A DNA stretch of 61,211 nucleotides, counting the filler, from Sphacelaria rigidula (lineage: Eukaryota), in NCBI GenBank assembly GCA_964200075.2. It is 5 parts of 5 records of this genome, joined end to end, with 100 filler letters (N's around TTAATTAATTAA, not from the genome) between each part and the next. Parts side by side here need not be neighbours in the genome. Positions count along the whole stretch, not along the records: positions 12,267 to 24,428 come from CAXNAA020004061.1; positions 24,529 to 36,690 come from CAXNAA020004062.1; 3 more parts are not named here. One strand, 5' to 3'. Position numbers and translations under genes: made by a program. The notes under the pieces are model-generated. The model was not told the origin of the DNA and made no database searches. It worked only from the letters and a program-made list of their open reading frames with translations. Positions within the stretch are counted from its first letter, which is position 1, and each line of letters opens with the position of its first letter. This document shows, piece after piece, positions 13,137 to 26,689 of the stretch.

Positions 13137-14957
13137 CCTGATGTAGACAAAAGCCACACGGACAGCACTCGCAACTCCAGCGATATCGAGAAAATGTCGT
13201 CTACGTTCCTGTGAGACGGTACGAATGCACCAGCAAACAAGCAGCGCGCGAACGCCAGCAACAGCAATGACAACGACAACCACGGCATGCAAGGGTAAAA
13301 ATATAATGCATCGCATAGCGTTTCTTGATCACGTAGAAGCCACGTCTTCTTCCGGGTAGAGAACGGCCAGTCGATCCTCTGTTTCGAGTGGGACAAACGA
13401 AGTGCGTGGATACCTCCGTCAAAAACATTCGGAATGTCGCACGAATCCACAGTAGCATTGGTAATGTCGATATTGGGGTGATTCACCTCCTGCGGTAGCA
13501 GCGTTCATATTAACATCGCCGCTTGAATGTTGGTGATATGAGAAGCTTGAGCCTGTTGCAATCGGTGATTACAAGGTTTGATGGCATATACACCAGAGTG
13601 CTATGATCACAGTGAAGCGTGGATTCAATCGACGACTGTGCAATCTTGTGTCTCTTTGTTACACTCTCACCCCCCCCCCTGTCTCGGGAGGAGTCGGTGG
13701 TCTCAGGGGAGCAAGTAATCTCTCCTCGGTACAAGCCGGGCAACATAGTATCGCAGATTGGGTCAGCACTCCCGCACCGCGTCAACTCTCGTCAAATAAA
13801 ATCAGTCCATTACAATTTTTCCACTTGACGTATTCACACTTTCAGCGGTGGAAATGAGATATTTCGAACCAAAATCCGACGCATCTGGCGGGAATTGAAC
13901 CAACGCTCTCTTCAACCTAATGGTGTCAGTCGGACGATTGAATCACCGGATCAGCAATGCTGCGGTCGGGGTGCACACATATTTCCTGAGGTTACAATTG
14001 TGAGTAGTTTTTCATCTCACTCAAAACACGACTTATGAAATATGTGAGAATACACCAGGATAATTATTCCCAAATGAGGTTACAAACGGGGATGCCCTGA
14101 CTCATCTTCTCGTGCATCTCGAATCGTTAAGAGCCTCTGAAGCAGGCAAGATTTTGCGCAAAACGTGTATTCCTGCCAGAGCATTGCTCGGACCGCGGTT
14201 GCGGGATCTGTACCGTACAGTACACTGTAATACGTGAAAGGACCGCGTGCTTAGAGGACCACATCGTTGAACACCCCTATGGTTAGGGTTAGGGTTAGGG
14301 TTAGGGTTGGGGTTGGGGTTGGGGTTGGGGTTGAAATCAGGGGCGTGGTCCTTGCAGGGACCGATCCGATTGGTATTGAGAAAGTCGATCCCGAGGTATT
14401 TTGGACTACGATGGGGTCCTCTAAGCACGCGGTCCTCTCATGCATTACAGCAATAACCAATAACCAACACTGCTTCATCGTGCACGTAAAGACAATGCGA
14501 CCGGATAACCTCGACATTGCGTTGCCTCGAAGTTGTATTTCCAATGAGTATGAAAGATTGGGGTAAGGGGCGCACGACACTACACTTTTCATATGCTGCT
14601 GTGATAATATTCATATCTTGTGAGTGTGTGCTCTTGGTCTTCGCATCCGTTGCTCATTTCACCAAACCTTCGAAATGAAATTCGGCCTCATCGACAGATG
14701 AGGTTGGCGACACGACTCAGAGGAAACCACCCTAATGGTCGAAAGGCTTAGGGCAACTCAACGTTGGAGGAGACCTACCATTTTTCATCACCAGTAAACG
14801 CCCTTGGCCTCTGACATCCGTTTGAAATATTTGCCCCTCAAGCCGAATGACCGAATGTTATCGCCTTCGGCAGGCATATATATGGGCGTAAAAGTATGCA
14901 CATAGCTCTCTACAAAGGGGCCCATGCACGTCGGATGAATCAGGATTGCCAGATAAT
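13137..14957 (-). CDS. possible exons of a hypothetical protein (14792-14957, 14668-14731, from 13489 downward)
   Basis: AG/GT-bounded open segments with compatible phases (DYLAILIHPTCMGPFVESYVHTF...GVYW|VVSSESCRQPHLSMRPNFISK|EVNHPNI...). No family recognised, and one intron would be only 60 bp. Confidence 0.3.
13745..13955 (-). mobile_element. SINE 5' part with Pol III B-box
   Basis: Minus-strand GGTTCAATTCCC (plus 13890-13901) followed by the SINE body. Confidence 0.7.
13954..14188. mobile_element. MITE family F2 (TIR ~GCAATGCT.CGGT.GGGGTGCAC)
   Basis: Degenerate TIRs; internal sequence homologous to 27570-27805. Confidence 0.65.
14226..14449 (+). mobile_element. TGT...ACA TIR element with internal (TTAGGG)4(TTGGGG)4
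   Basis: Same TIR family as 60547-60763; telomeric array at 14281-14332. Confidence 0.85.
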
Positions 14958-15078
14958 CTGCAGCTATCATCAGAGCGGTTTTACCGAAACGTCGGCTAAC
15001 ACAGATCAAGATGATTGCTCAGACCGTCACGGTGTGTGTGAGCAATAGTTGGGTGCATTGCGCCTTGTAGTGTAGTGT

Positions 15079-15271
15079 TGTAATGCGTGAGAGGACCGCG
15101 TGCTTAGAGGACCGCGCCCTAGGTCAAAACACCTCAGGATCAATGCTTTTCAAAATCAATCGGGTCAGTCCTTGGAGGTACCACGCCCCTGACCCGAACC
15201 CTATCCCTAACCCTAGGGATGTTCAAACTCCGATGCGGTCTTCTGAGCACGCGGTCCTCTCACATGTTGCA
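15079..15271 (-). mobile_element. TGT...ACA TIR element, inverted copy with a short CCCTAA-like array
   Basis: Left TIR identical to 60547-60584; right TIR diverged. Confidence 0.85.
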
Positions 15272-15456
15272 ATAGCGCTCGGTTCAAGATCATCCCATAG
15301 TCCAACGGTAATAGCAACCTGTACTCGTGTTAATGCAGAGACAACAAGTGGACTAGATAAAATTGGCGGGGGTGGATGGGTCCGTTTTTCCGGCCCAGTA
15401 TGGTCAGCACTTAGTATTCATTTCATATTGTGCGTTCAGACAAATATCCTCGTTGA

Positions 15457-15902
15457 AAACACGGGATCTTACAAATTGGGGATGGATCTTTTTTTGGGGA
15501 TGAGAAACCCGGAAAACTATAATCCTCGTACTTACACCTAATGTTCCAAATATGGCTCCATTTCTTCACCTACTGATAGCTATTGATAACAACTACAGCC
15601 CATAGAAATTTGAATTCCGATCACCGAAATGTTGGGGTCTAACGTGAAAAACCAATTCTGGGGAATTCCGGGTGTCCGAACGGACGCCAAAATGGTTCCG
15701 AAATTGTTTTTTCACCTAGGATCCCAACATTTCGGTGATCGTAATCCAAATTTCTGTGGCGTGTAGCAGTTGTCAATAGCTATCAGTAGGTGAAGAAACG
15801 GAACCATATTTCGATTATTTGGTGTGGATATGGAGATTTTCATTCTCCGAGTTTCTCATCCCCAATAAAAGACCCATCTCCAATTTGTACGATCCCGTGT
15901 TG
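15457..15902. mobile_element. foldback/MITE family F1, full copy (446 bp)
   Basis: Arms of about 190 bp; TTGA directly repeated on both flanks (15453-15456, 15903-15906). Confidence 0.9.
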
Positions 15903-18900
15903 TTGAGAGAAGCAGCTCGCACTATTGACGTGTGATGTTTGTGACGTGCTTGTGTGAACAGCAGAAGTCCGATATTGTACAACTTGATCATTGTAAATAT
16001 GAGGAATGACTATTGCAACCCCAATCACGCATAGATTGAGTTCTCGGTTGATTGCACGAATGAAATCGCACGGTTTTGACAAGAGCGGGAGTCATGCTAC
16101 GATAGGGGGGCGTGCTCATTTATTGCTTGCCTCAGTCGTTCGACCTGCTACGATAGGGGGGAGGGGGGTATTTTGGACCGTCTTTTTTCACGAAATTCCA
16201 CTTCAATCGTCCTCAAAAGCAGCCAACAATTGTTCGAACGCGCTTGCTCCCGACATGTGGCGATCATTTGTACTGCTTTACATCGTTCCCACCCAAAAAC
16301 AAGCGCACCGCGAGTGTTTGAGGTCGTTTGACGCATCCGCGAGCACATTTTCATATGGAGTCGAACACCTTCCACCCCCTATCGGAGCGTCGCTCACGGG
16401 GATTACTTCCCGCTTTCCCCCCGTGCCTCGCATGGCATGAATCAACATGCATACCCCCCACCTGGGGTTCACATGGTGTAAATCATACGTACGTCTTTCC
16501 CACCTACCCGTGACTAGATTTGTACGACTAGATTTGTACAAAACAAACGTACCTCTTCATCACCTACCATTCGTACGGCGGCATGAATCAAGCGCAGGTT
16601 TTTTGCACTTGTCATTCATACGGCGTGCGTATTTATCCCTCCCTCCATTTCTACCGCATGCATCACACGTACAGTATCTTCATCATGGGTGGGTGCTCGC
16701 AAACGAACAGGAGCCTCCAAGCTCTAGCGTTGGGGTTGCCGGTGTTGAAGGTCAGCCGTTGGTACTGTTCCCAGAGTAGGGGCTACTGCCGCGATAGCCC
16801 CCCATCCGTACACACACAAACATAAACACAAGAGCGCCTGGTTTGAGGTCGTGCAATCTTCGTGCACAAGAACAATGACAAAGCCAAGTATACCGAGCAG
16901 CTGGCAACTCCCACGCTTGGAATCGTTCTCGTCAGTGTCGAGCATATGAGGCGCTTCATACGGTCTGAAACCAATTATTATGTGTTGTAGCGTCATTTCC
17001 TCCATGACAGTTTTCGGATTGCTTTTCTTTTTTTGGGGGGGGGAGGTATCGCGGCATCGTTCGAAGGTTGATGCCCAAGAGGTCAATAAGAAATGAATCA
17101 CTCGATCTCGAATCATTGACCATACTGTGTTATAACCCGGCTTACCGTATGGCGGGGTAGATCATTAAGAGAACGGACTCGAAGACAACTTGCACCATCC
17201 ACACCTGTCTAGACACCACATTCACGAACGACCTGTGGACAAGTGAAACAAATCACACGGACGCGCGTACCAGGGTAGACTCGGGGGGTGGGGGAGGGGG
17301 AGGGGGATCGAAAGTTTACCGCACGTCAAGTGCAAGAACAGGTTCAAAGGTGGGTCTGACGAGTATACCAGTTTCAATGTTTTTGACTTCTTGCATGTAC
17401 GCGTAGAGGTATTAAGCTTCTCGTCAATATATTTTCATTGACATTTTCATTCGGAGACTTGTCCTCATGTCTGTACAGGTAGGTTTTACATATTGATTCG
17501 GAGCCTTGTCGACGTCGATGAATGGTTTAATCTTCTCCAGCGACTGGGACAAATGAAAAATATTTTTGTATAACCTCCGTTCATGACCGAGGAGATACAT
17601 ATTCGCGATAAAATGCTGAAGTAGGCTCGACCCAAATTTTACTAGTCTGTTTCTTGGAATTGGATTCTACACCATTGCATATATGCACTATGGGACATTT
17701 CGGAACGATCAAGGGATGGAGTTTCCCAAATTGATTTGATTTTCGCCGGTCGTCCGGGGTCCCAGGATCCTGGGTAATACCTTACCATTCTTCGACTCCC
17801 TGAATTCAGCGAGAAATAAAAAAATTATTCGTTGAAAGTTCCGGAATTCGCCAAAATATCTGCTGACATTTTTAAGAGTTCAACTCAAATAATCGGTGTA
17901 AGCATTTAAGACTTTTGTGCGACAAAGTGGACCCGACAAATACAAACTCCCAACGACTTCGTTGTATTATTAAAACGACTTTTCGGCTAGGTTTAACGTT
18001 AACGCGACCCCACTTGATCAGCTACGAAACGACACTTCGAACAAATGCTCCTTAGACAACGCCCGGGAAGCACGATTTTTTCCTGTATTTAGGTATCTTG
18101 TACCGGCTTGCCCGGGCCTTCACGCCGGGACCCCCGGAAACCGGTGAAAGGAAGGAAAAGTTCGGAATACTTTCAACAAGTCGTTTCTTGCCTTTTGATT
18201 AATCGAAACCGTCCGGGGCCCTCCTGTGTCTGTGGTGCTTATCATGAGAGGAAACCGACGGCTCTACAACCCACACCACCAAAATACCCCGGTTTTGCGT
18301 ACACCTTCATCGCATGGAAACAGGTTTCGAAAGTGCTTTTATCCACGAGAAACGTTTCAGATACAGTGAAACACTCATAATCATTCATCAGTAAATATTC
18401 TAAATGCTCTCAAACACTCCGTGTTATCAGCAGTTGAAATTCCAGGTACCCCGGAAATAGTGATTGTGGTGCTGCAAACGCGCCCGCTGGAGCCCCGGGG
18501 TATCCTCTGGTGGTCGTGCATCCTATCCCAACCACGTTCAAGAAACTGGACGTGCAGCAGCGTAAACAAAATGGACAAATATCTGGAAAAAAGGGTAAAA
18601 GGAACGGCATGAGTCGTAGCTCGGGTGGCCTAGTACTGATTACGCACTCGACTTGGTCCATTTGCCGTAAATCATGTTGCATGAGACGTGAAGTCATGAG
18701 ATAACGTCTACACCAAAAGAAGGTAAGTACCAGAGGAAGGCATAGGGCATAAACGCACAGTCTGCGGAGCGGGCGTGGTATGGCCTTGCTTCCGTAGACC
18801 ACGATGGAGAGGTAGTCGACCAGCGGGACAACGGTTGCTATGATAGTCGGGATCAGCAGGCATGCTATCACATGACGACGCTCCTGGAAACACGACGGAG

Positions 18901-19189
18901 ACAGAGAGACGCAAAAAAAAAACCACGGAGAGATCGGGCAAAGCATTCCACAAATAAAACAAAAACAAAGGGGAATCGCAAGAATCCGTCAGTCAACATA
19001 TTTTCAGCACTCGGGCGTCACATACCAGAGATGGACTCCAACTCAACCACTATAGTATGTGAAAAACGACGACTTGATCGAACAAATATACACGAGTCAG
19101 AGCTAGGGAGCATGGAATACAAAATATCATGTCACTGGGGGATGGTACTCACGGATTACTGAGCGTGCTTGAATTTCAAATAGAGAGGA

Positions 19190-20300
19190 TCCGCTCGGCT
19201 ACGGCGCAGGAATGGTTTCTCAATCGCGTGGTCATTCTCTGCGTGTTTAGCGACACACGGGGCCCTCCACTCCTGGAAGATGTTCCCACGTATGTACAGA
19301 GATACGCATTCGGAGGCACACACCACGTCCTGGCTGTTCGCGCTCGTCGGGCAAATCTCTTGGTTCAATAACCCGGCGTCCTATCAATAGCGCAGCTCGG
19401 CTTAACCCACGGTTTGGAGGGCAAACAACGTTTTCGTGAAAATGAGAGTAGAGCGCTGATTGACAGCGGCTTTGATCATTCCCTTCAACATAGCCATTTT
19501 TTCATTCCTTTTGTGCTTCCCTTCGCCTCGATCACTGGCGTGTGCTTCCAGATACACGTCGATATCCTACTCAGGGATAACAAGGGTCTTAGTGGCAAGC
19601 TACAACATGAATCATATCAGGCCTCGTGGAGGGGCATTTCAAAATTGAAACGATTCATTCTCCAATTGACCGCTTTTCACTCTCAATCCGACGAAAACAG
19701 TGATGACAGTGATTCCTCGAGAGTTGGGATATAAAGTGCATATTTGAAGCTATGGTCTGCAACGTTCAGAATCACCGAGTAGAAGCAACACCAACGAACA
19801 ATGGCGTCCATCCAAATGGCCCAGACGAGCGTAGACACGCACGCATGCAACGAAAAACAACGGAACAAAAGCATGACTAGGTGGTTTGACCAAAGATGGA
19901 GCAGAGAGGGAATGTCGCACGTCGTCCGGCCGACCGCCCCTGAGAGTATACGCAACGTCGAAAACCGCCCCGCGTCTATCGTTACACGACTCCAACATCA
20001 TTTTCGCTGCATATATCATACCGCGGAGAGTGTACCCCCCACACACACACTCAAACTTCCCCGCTCCCTTCCGCATTCCTACACAACTCCCGTCTACCTA
20101 ATGGTTGGTCATGACTTGCAACTCTCACCGAAATAAGCCACGGAAACCTTCTGCGGACAGGCGTGTTGAATACGACCGCGAGTCTGATCATCCGGGAGAT
20201 ATAGCAACAAGCGATGCCCACCAAGGAGAAATAAAGAGCCTGGATGGAGAGGGGAATGCATTCGATACTCAGCGGATGACATGGCATGACAATAGTGGAA
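19190..20300 (-). pseudogene. probable decayed hAT transposase, C-terminal part
   Basis: Frame-broken fragments LSG...TT..IPSLLHL, ADHSFK (cf. LDPxFK) and ARTWCVP/ASECVS..GNIF...R / IEKPFL (cf. the SERxFS-x2-G dimerisation motif). Confidence 0.4.
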
Positions 20301-23300
20301 GAGATCAGTTAGCATGCGATTGTGAGTAGCCACACACACGTCAGAAGGCAAAACATTTTGCAAAATTCTAGACGATAAAGTCTGTATTTTTTGTGTTTGA
20401 ATGAAGTCGCTGCAACAAAAGATAGCGGTACAACCTGTTGCGGTTCAACGAAACTACGAACCATGTAAGCCCGTTTCATTCGTATCTTCCCCACGGAGAG
20501 TACGTCTTTTTTTGTTGATTTAGAGCCTTTTTGAATGACTCTTCAAGTAGGGTATTGCTGGAGTAAGCGTGTTGCCATGATTTGTCACTGAAAAATACTC
20601 TAGCAGAGTATTCACGCCACGTGACCTGAAAATATATATTATTTGCAAGTATGCAGGTGATCCAAGCTAAAGAACTGGCAAGGCTACCGCGTCAGCAGTA
20701 GCGAGTTTAAATTAGATGATACGATTTAATCCCACGTACGTGTAGAAGTCTCTGCGTTTTTTTCCAGATTTGAGTGTGAGTACCAGGGTAATCCACAAGT
20801 CTTCCACGTGTCTACAACCACCCCTTCGTTCCAGGAACGTTCATATCTCCGGCATAGTTCCGGCAACGTTCTCGAGAACACTAGTCTGTCCTGACCGGGT
20901 CAATGACTATTCCGTCCGGGTCATTGCCTATCCCGTTCGGGTCATTGTCTTCCCGTCTCCGGAGTAATAGTCACACTCCAACCTCGAGACGGCACCGCTC
21001 CCGGTGCCCTCTCGAGGCACTTCCTATCTCAACCCTGGAGTTTCCCTCCACACAAGAACGAACTGTCTAGGCACGTCCCACGGCCAAGCCCGTGGCTCCT
21101 GAGACCACCACTCTCACACCAAGGGGTAGTAGCCTTATGAGTATGCTTGGAATCGGTGCTCCCTACCGCCCTTGCGATCACTCTCCCAAGCTTACCCAAC
21201 TCTTATTCATTTCCTCAGTCCTCTGCTTGCAAAAGAGGCTGCTTGATTTTGTTCGGCCGAAGTGAAGAGCCCCAAACACCATGTCATTACTGTTGGCTTT
21301 CTGTCTGCTGCAGAAGCAGGTGGTTGAACTACCACTATTATCGTTGCGCTTGACCCCCCAAAATGGGCAAAACAAGTGTCACCGACCAAAAGCACGAACA
21401 GACCGGAGATCTCGTTCATCCCCTGATCGCGCACGCCGTATGTTCCTAAAGTACTTCTGATTTGAGTGGGGTTTCTACTTGACGATTTCCCATTTTCGTC
21501 GTCCCGGACTACGAACCACGGCGTGCCTCGGCTCCTCACTGGCGTGTATTAGTCCAACCTACAATCTGATGCGATCAAGGAACCGAATGAGTTATGGTGA
21601 TCGAGAAAATCGCAAAAAACAAAAATGCTTGTTTTACTTAATTTGTTATAAAACTCCGATCCCGATGGTTCTGTGTCTGCGAGACATTTACCCCCGTGTG
21701 TGCATCGCTCGCGATAGTGGCAAGAGTAGCGCTCGTTCTCCGGCACCCGGTGCTATCACCACGCCACCATCTAAAGCGTAGCTTAGTATGTAATCTCGCT
21801 TGGCCGCAAGTATGGGCAAACTCTGAACTGAAGGAGAAAAAAAGCCACAGAGCAAGCTGGTGTTTAAGAAGAGAGAGCAGTATCCGCAATGGCAACACAC
21901 TCCAACAGCTGCAATGAACATGATAATGAGTCGCACGAACGAAAGCAAGAATCATCTGTGCTACCTTGCAGCAGCGAAGCGAACAAATTATATCACTAAC
22001 CCGAACCCTAACCACAGCGAAGGCATACCGAGAGCCCTCGAGCAAGGCGGGTACGGCGTGTTCCTTAGGCGAAGTGTGCGTTGCCAGATCTCAAATCGGC
22101 GCCCCAGGCACCGTTTTAAACAGAAACGCGTTGTGGGCACGCTAGGAGGATGCTAGTAGCACATCCCCCATGCGATATCCGGATTCTGGTGTCTACACTA
22201 ACCGTTTTGGGACCGGGCTTCCAGAACGATCGATGAGGCTGGTCAGGAATGACGTGTCTGGCGTCTGGACGACACAGTGGCGTGTTGCTGAAAATCCGCT
22301 TATGTGACCGCAGGGTTTTGACGAAGTCCGAAAGTTCCATCCAATCTATTTTCAGGTGCGGGATGCGCATTAGGTGGTGTACATCTGATGTAGCAAGCAG
22401 TATGGGTCGTGGTAGACAGCTTCCAACAGGATGCGGCGACCGGCGGCCCGCCCGCCACGTGTGGCTTTGGATGATAATAATGTCCCCATCACCTTGCCAC
22501 ACCGCCCTTTGTGGTCAGGGTGGGACGCCATTTTCCCCCTTGCTGCATGCGGCAAATTATCTTCGAAGGATACATCAGCGGTGAGGCGCGCATGCATACA
22601 ACATTATAGTACAGTACTGTGTGGGTACGCCTCCCCAACTGAAGCAGCCGCTGCCGCTGCATACTCCCTTGCACGTTCTGAGCAATTCTCAGCTACCGAA
22701 ATTAGCTGCTTATATACAGCTTTGTCATCCAATTTCACTACATACATGTGGGCTGCACACTGCAAGTCATCGACAGAGGGATACGCATAATTCATTGGGG
22801 TAGCTCCTTTTGTCTTTCCATAGCCCACTGGATTTTGTGCCTCGTGAAAATCACCACATTGTGGCATGTTGACTCCTACCCATGTTTTTCCGGTCCACCC
22901 TGTGTTAGTGTAACTGAATACCTTTCAGTACAGAATTGGGACCCAAAAAAAACTCCGCAAAACCTCGGGAACAGTATACTGAGTGCAAGTAATACAATTA
23001 AACCAAGCTGCGACCACCCTGCACTTGGAACCCTGGGGAGGCTTATCTGGGCCAGGGGTAGGGCCCCCACACAATCTTTGCAGTGGCACCAAACTCGACA
23101 ACAATCCTCGCGCTGGTCATTCGGGTATGGTCAATAAATATCGCCTCGCCGTGATTGCGCAAATCGCTCGAAGACATATATTTTATTCTTCCACCAACAC
23201 AGGGTCAACCCTGTGTAAGTGGGGGTCAGGTTCCAGAGGGGCTAAATTCAATATGAACCAACTTACCCTCCCGAATGGTCAACTATACTGCGTCAAAACG

Positions 23301-24428
23301 ACACGAAGACAGCATAAAGTCGTCGGCCCACTTTTACTGAAGCCACATGGCACCCCAGCCCCATTCATGTCTTTCAGTGCACCCACTCGTCCTAATGACA
23401 CGCGTCTGTTGTATCGGCACTGGTGGGTGACGGGCGGCGGTTTGTGTTCATGCCCTCTTGGGACACAAAAACATCTTTATTGTAGAGTCCATGCCTTCTT
23501 GGAACACAAAATCTTTGGAGTCCATGCATATTTATGAAATGAAAAGCCATCCCCACGGAACGACAAATACACTTGCATAAGGCGCGTCATACATCCGCTA
23601 AAATTGTGGAACGATGGGATCCGAGAAATCAAGCTCCTCTATACCTGACGAGGAGGTCGAACAACATCCGTCCAGCCCACATCACACACCCGGCGACTGT
23701 ACTCCACTCGTCTGTGTCATGGCTTTGTCGCATGATAAGCACATGTTATTCGCCCAATTTCGATCCGCGTTCCCAAAAATCAATGGTGCAGCGTTCTGGT
23801 TTCAGTTACCGGCGTCTGGCTACAAATGCTCATGGTTGATATTACTTGATTTGAGTGTGTACAACGAGAATCGGAATTTAGTAGGACTGACAGTCCCGCC
23901 GTGTCCTCCTCGTGTGCGTAGAACGTGCTTTTGTCAAAATCGGCGATACAGGCGTCGATTTGGGGTCTACCAACGTCTCGCTTTGTTTGGGGAATGTGTG
24001 TACCGCCCTTGTCCGAGGGTTCTCGCTGTGCGTTGGATTGAGTCAAGCCAACAAGCCTGCAGACATTCCAGCGCATCGCAAGCGCGGACGAAAAGCGAGG
24101 GAGTGACATGCAAAATATGAGGAACAAAAGACACTTTCTACGAAAGCCCCCCCAAAAACCAGCCCAAAAGTGTCACGAAAAAAGTGGTCACAGAGCGCCT
24201 GATAAATAGATAGTTGGAGCGCCTGATAGTTGGGCTTAGGCTGCATGAAGCGCCTCGTATGGGCAACATTGGCGAGAACGAACCCAAGCGTGCGAATTCC
24301 CACATACTTGTTGTGCTCGGCGTTTTCCATTTCGATTACGTGAAGATTTTGCCTCCCCAAATTAGGGGGGGGCGTACTCATCTGTTGCTTGCCTTAGTCG
24401 TTTGACCATTGACCACGCATCCCTTTCG

Positions 24429-24528
24429 NNNNNNNNNNNNNNNNNNNNNNNNNNNNNNNNNNNNNNNNNNNNTTAATTAATTAANNNNNNNNNNNNNNNN
24501 NNNNNNNNNNNNNNNNNNNNNNNNNNNN
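24429..24528. other. artificial contig spacer
   Basis: Same N44-TTAATTAATTAA-N44 block. Confidence 0.98.
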
Positions 24529-26137
24529 TTTACGATCATCGCCTCCGTGCACTTTTTTGGCCGGTTCGGGGGGGGGCTATCTCGGCAGCAGTCAGCAGCT
24601 GAACAATAGTGCACCAAGAGAGTTTCCACCCACTGATCTGGAGCGAGTTATCTGGAGGAACAATGTCATCTCAACACCGAGCACTCACAGGCTTGAAAAA
24701 ATGTACCATGTTTATGTATTATATTTAATATCAGCCAGGTCGTTGTTTGTAGGTGACGCGTGTATTTTTGGCTCACCTCCCGCAGATAGGGGTCACTCAA
24801 AGTGAAATGAAATATCTTCGCGTTTTTGATTGACAGCTGCACAGTCATGTGCTCGTTTCAATTCTGTGTTCAGCACTTTGATCTCACCCTACTTCTGTGC
24901 AAGCTGGAACACAGCATGCAGCACTACAACTGTTCACGCACTCTCCAGCAAACATCACACTGTGATTGTCGTAGAGTGTGTAGATGCACAACAGCACAGC
25001 GACGACTACAGCGAAGAAATTATGCGTGTGGGAAGTGCCTTGTTCGTTTGACGGGAGTGTCTAGAGATCTCTGATGTGTCATACCGGGATGGACCACGTA
25101 ACATATCTTTTGTTCAGGAAGCGAACAGTTTACCCGTTGAACTAGTGAGCGCTCACTGGTAGCTCAATGGTCAAATCTTCGCTTCCTGCACAAAAGATAT
25201 GGGGCTCGAGACTCAACATGATCAATTATGCAATGACGGAATTTGAAATGTGGACAGTGAGCGCTCACTGGTGGCTCAACGGTCTGCTGTGCGGTATCTG
25301 TGTGTACAGTAGATTCTGAAAAGCACAACACTGTAGGCGTGTCCAGGTTCTAAAAAGTAAAAATGCAAACACTGGAGGACTGTCTTGTGTTCAGTGTATT
25401 ACCCTGTACTCCATATAATGGGGGTCACGTTTTGAGCAGTTTTTGGACCGTTCTGCTTGTTTTTTGAAAAGTTCTCGAAACGTTCTGCTAATTTTTTTTG
25501 TAACAGAAATCCAATGCCGAATCTGGAATGGTCTGAGATAAGAACCAATTTGGAAGTTGGAATGTTCCTGTTTCTCTATGCGTGACCGCCAGTACTGTAT
25601 CCGTTGCTTAAACCAGCCATCGATGATAGGACAACCACCCGTTGGTGACGGAAGAGCCTAGCTTGACCGTGACACCAGCGTCGAGATCGGAACAGTACGG
25701 TATTCCACAACCTCCCGTATCACAAAAGACCGACGCGTTGTGAGTTGTAAGTTCACGTATTGTGTTAATGAGGAGAGACTCGGGAACCATTTCTGGGGAG
25801 AAAGGGGCGTGGTCGTTGTGGTGACCGTGGACCGCAAATGAGCGGGGAAAGAGCCAAATGTGTGAGCCCCATGGTTGGAGTTGGCGCGTAGACTCCGTGA
25901 AACAGTGTAGAAAGCGATGGCCTAGCAGAGGTACGTTCTCGGACGATCGGTGGCCCAGATAAGGTACGATTGAAAAAGAATTCCTAAATCAGGTATACCT
26001 CGGCGAAATGTGGCCTACAAAAAGGTAAGCGGTTTGTGGAGGCGAAGTGTCCGTTTTCACGTGGCCATATCTCTCGAGAAACACGTTTTTATCCGAGATT
26101 TTTTAGCCCCGGGTGCCAATGCTCCCTCCGAATGGTG

Positions 26138-26689
26138 TGTCGTAATAAGGATAGTTGTGGACAGACTCCACACACCTTCCTTGATAGATTGATGTGCAAT
26201 AAGCTATGCACGAGGTGCAATGATGTGCCCGGAAGCTATATGATTCACAGGTAGGCTGCGTGACCGATGGTCAACAGTAGCAAGCAGGCAGGAGAAGCTC
26301 AAAGGCTTCATGTCTTGTAAGTCTCATTTATTATTCCCTTGCTCGCCTAGCACACTGTTCTCACCAAAGGTAAACAGTAGAAGCAGATGTCCGGCTCGAA
26401 GGGCAGCTCAAGAGTCGGCGAGGGTGCATGGAACGCAACCTATCCGACCTCGCCCCGAGAAGGCGTTTCGCCTCCTCAGGACTAGGGCATATCAGCCTGC
26501 ACGCTAACCTTCCCCAGCTAGGGTACACCAGTCTGTACACCAACCTTCCCCAGAACGTAGTCTGTACATCAACCTTCCCCAGAACTATGGGAGCATTCCC
26601 CTGGATGGATCGAGTGATCTATGAGCCAATCTGCCCCAAAGTTGTCTGTAAGAACAAATAACGCCTCTCTATCTTCCTTCCTCATGACA
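26138..26689 (-). repeat. putative 3' LTR of the Gypsy element
   Basis: On the minus strand: TGTCATG...TACGACA, preceded by purine-rich GGGTGGGTGAG (26690-26700), with an internal AATAAA and short tandem repeats. The 5' LTR is missing, so this cannot be confirmed. Confidence 0.5.

Noticed and set aside
13460-13489. Protein kinase suggested by HPNI
   Set aside because: No other kinase subdomain motifs nearby
13860-13955. tRNA gene
   Set aside because: B-box present but no cloverleaf; continuous with the SINE body
14281-14332. True telomere
   Set aside because: Short, internal and enclosed by TIRs
14221-15276. Inversion between the two opposed TGT...ACA copies with swapped TSDs
   Set aside because: One flank pair fits 4/5 but the other only with a 1-bp shift; insufficient evidence
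16200-17000. Possible transposase or recombinase relic on the minus strand (likewise 22150-23540 and 51400-53700)
   Set aside because: Coding-like fragments with no motif I can assign
12267-24428. Contig 2 bounded by inverted copies of one repeat, suggesting a 12-kb TIR element such as a Polinton
   Set aside because: The same repeat occurs internally (16088) and on contig 1, and there are no element-scale ORFs; contigs simply break at this high-copy repeat
26490-26590. CRISPR-like repeat array
   Set aside because: Only three units, almost no spacers, no cas genes, eukaryotic LTR context
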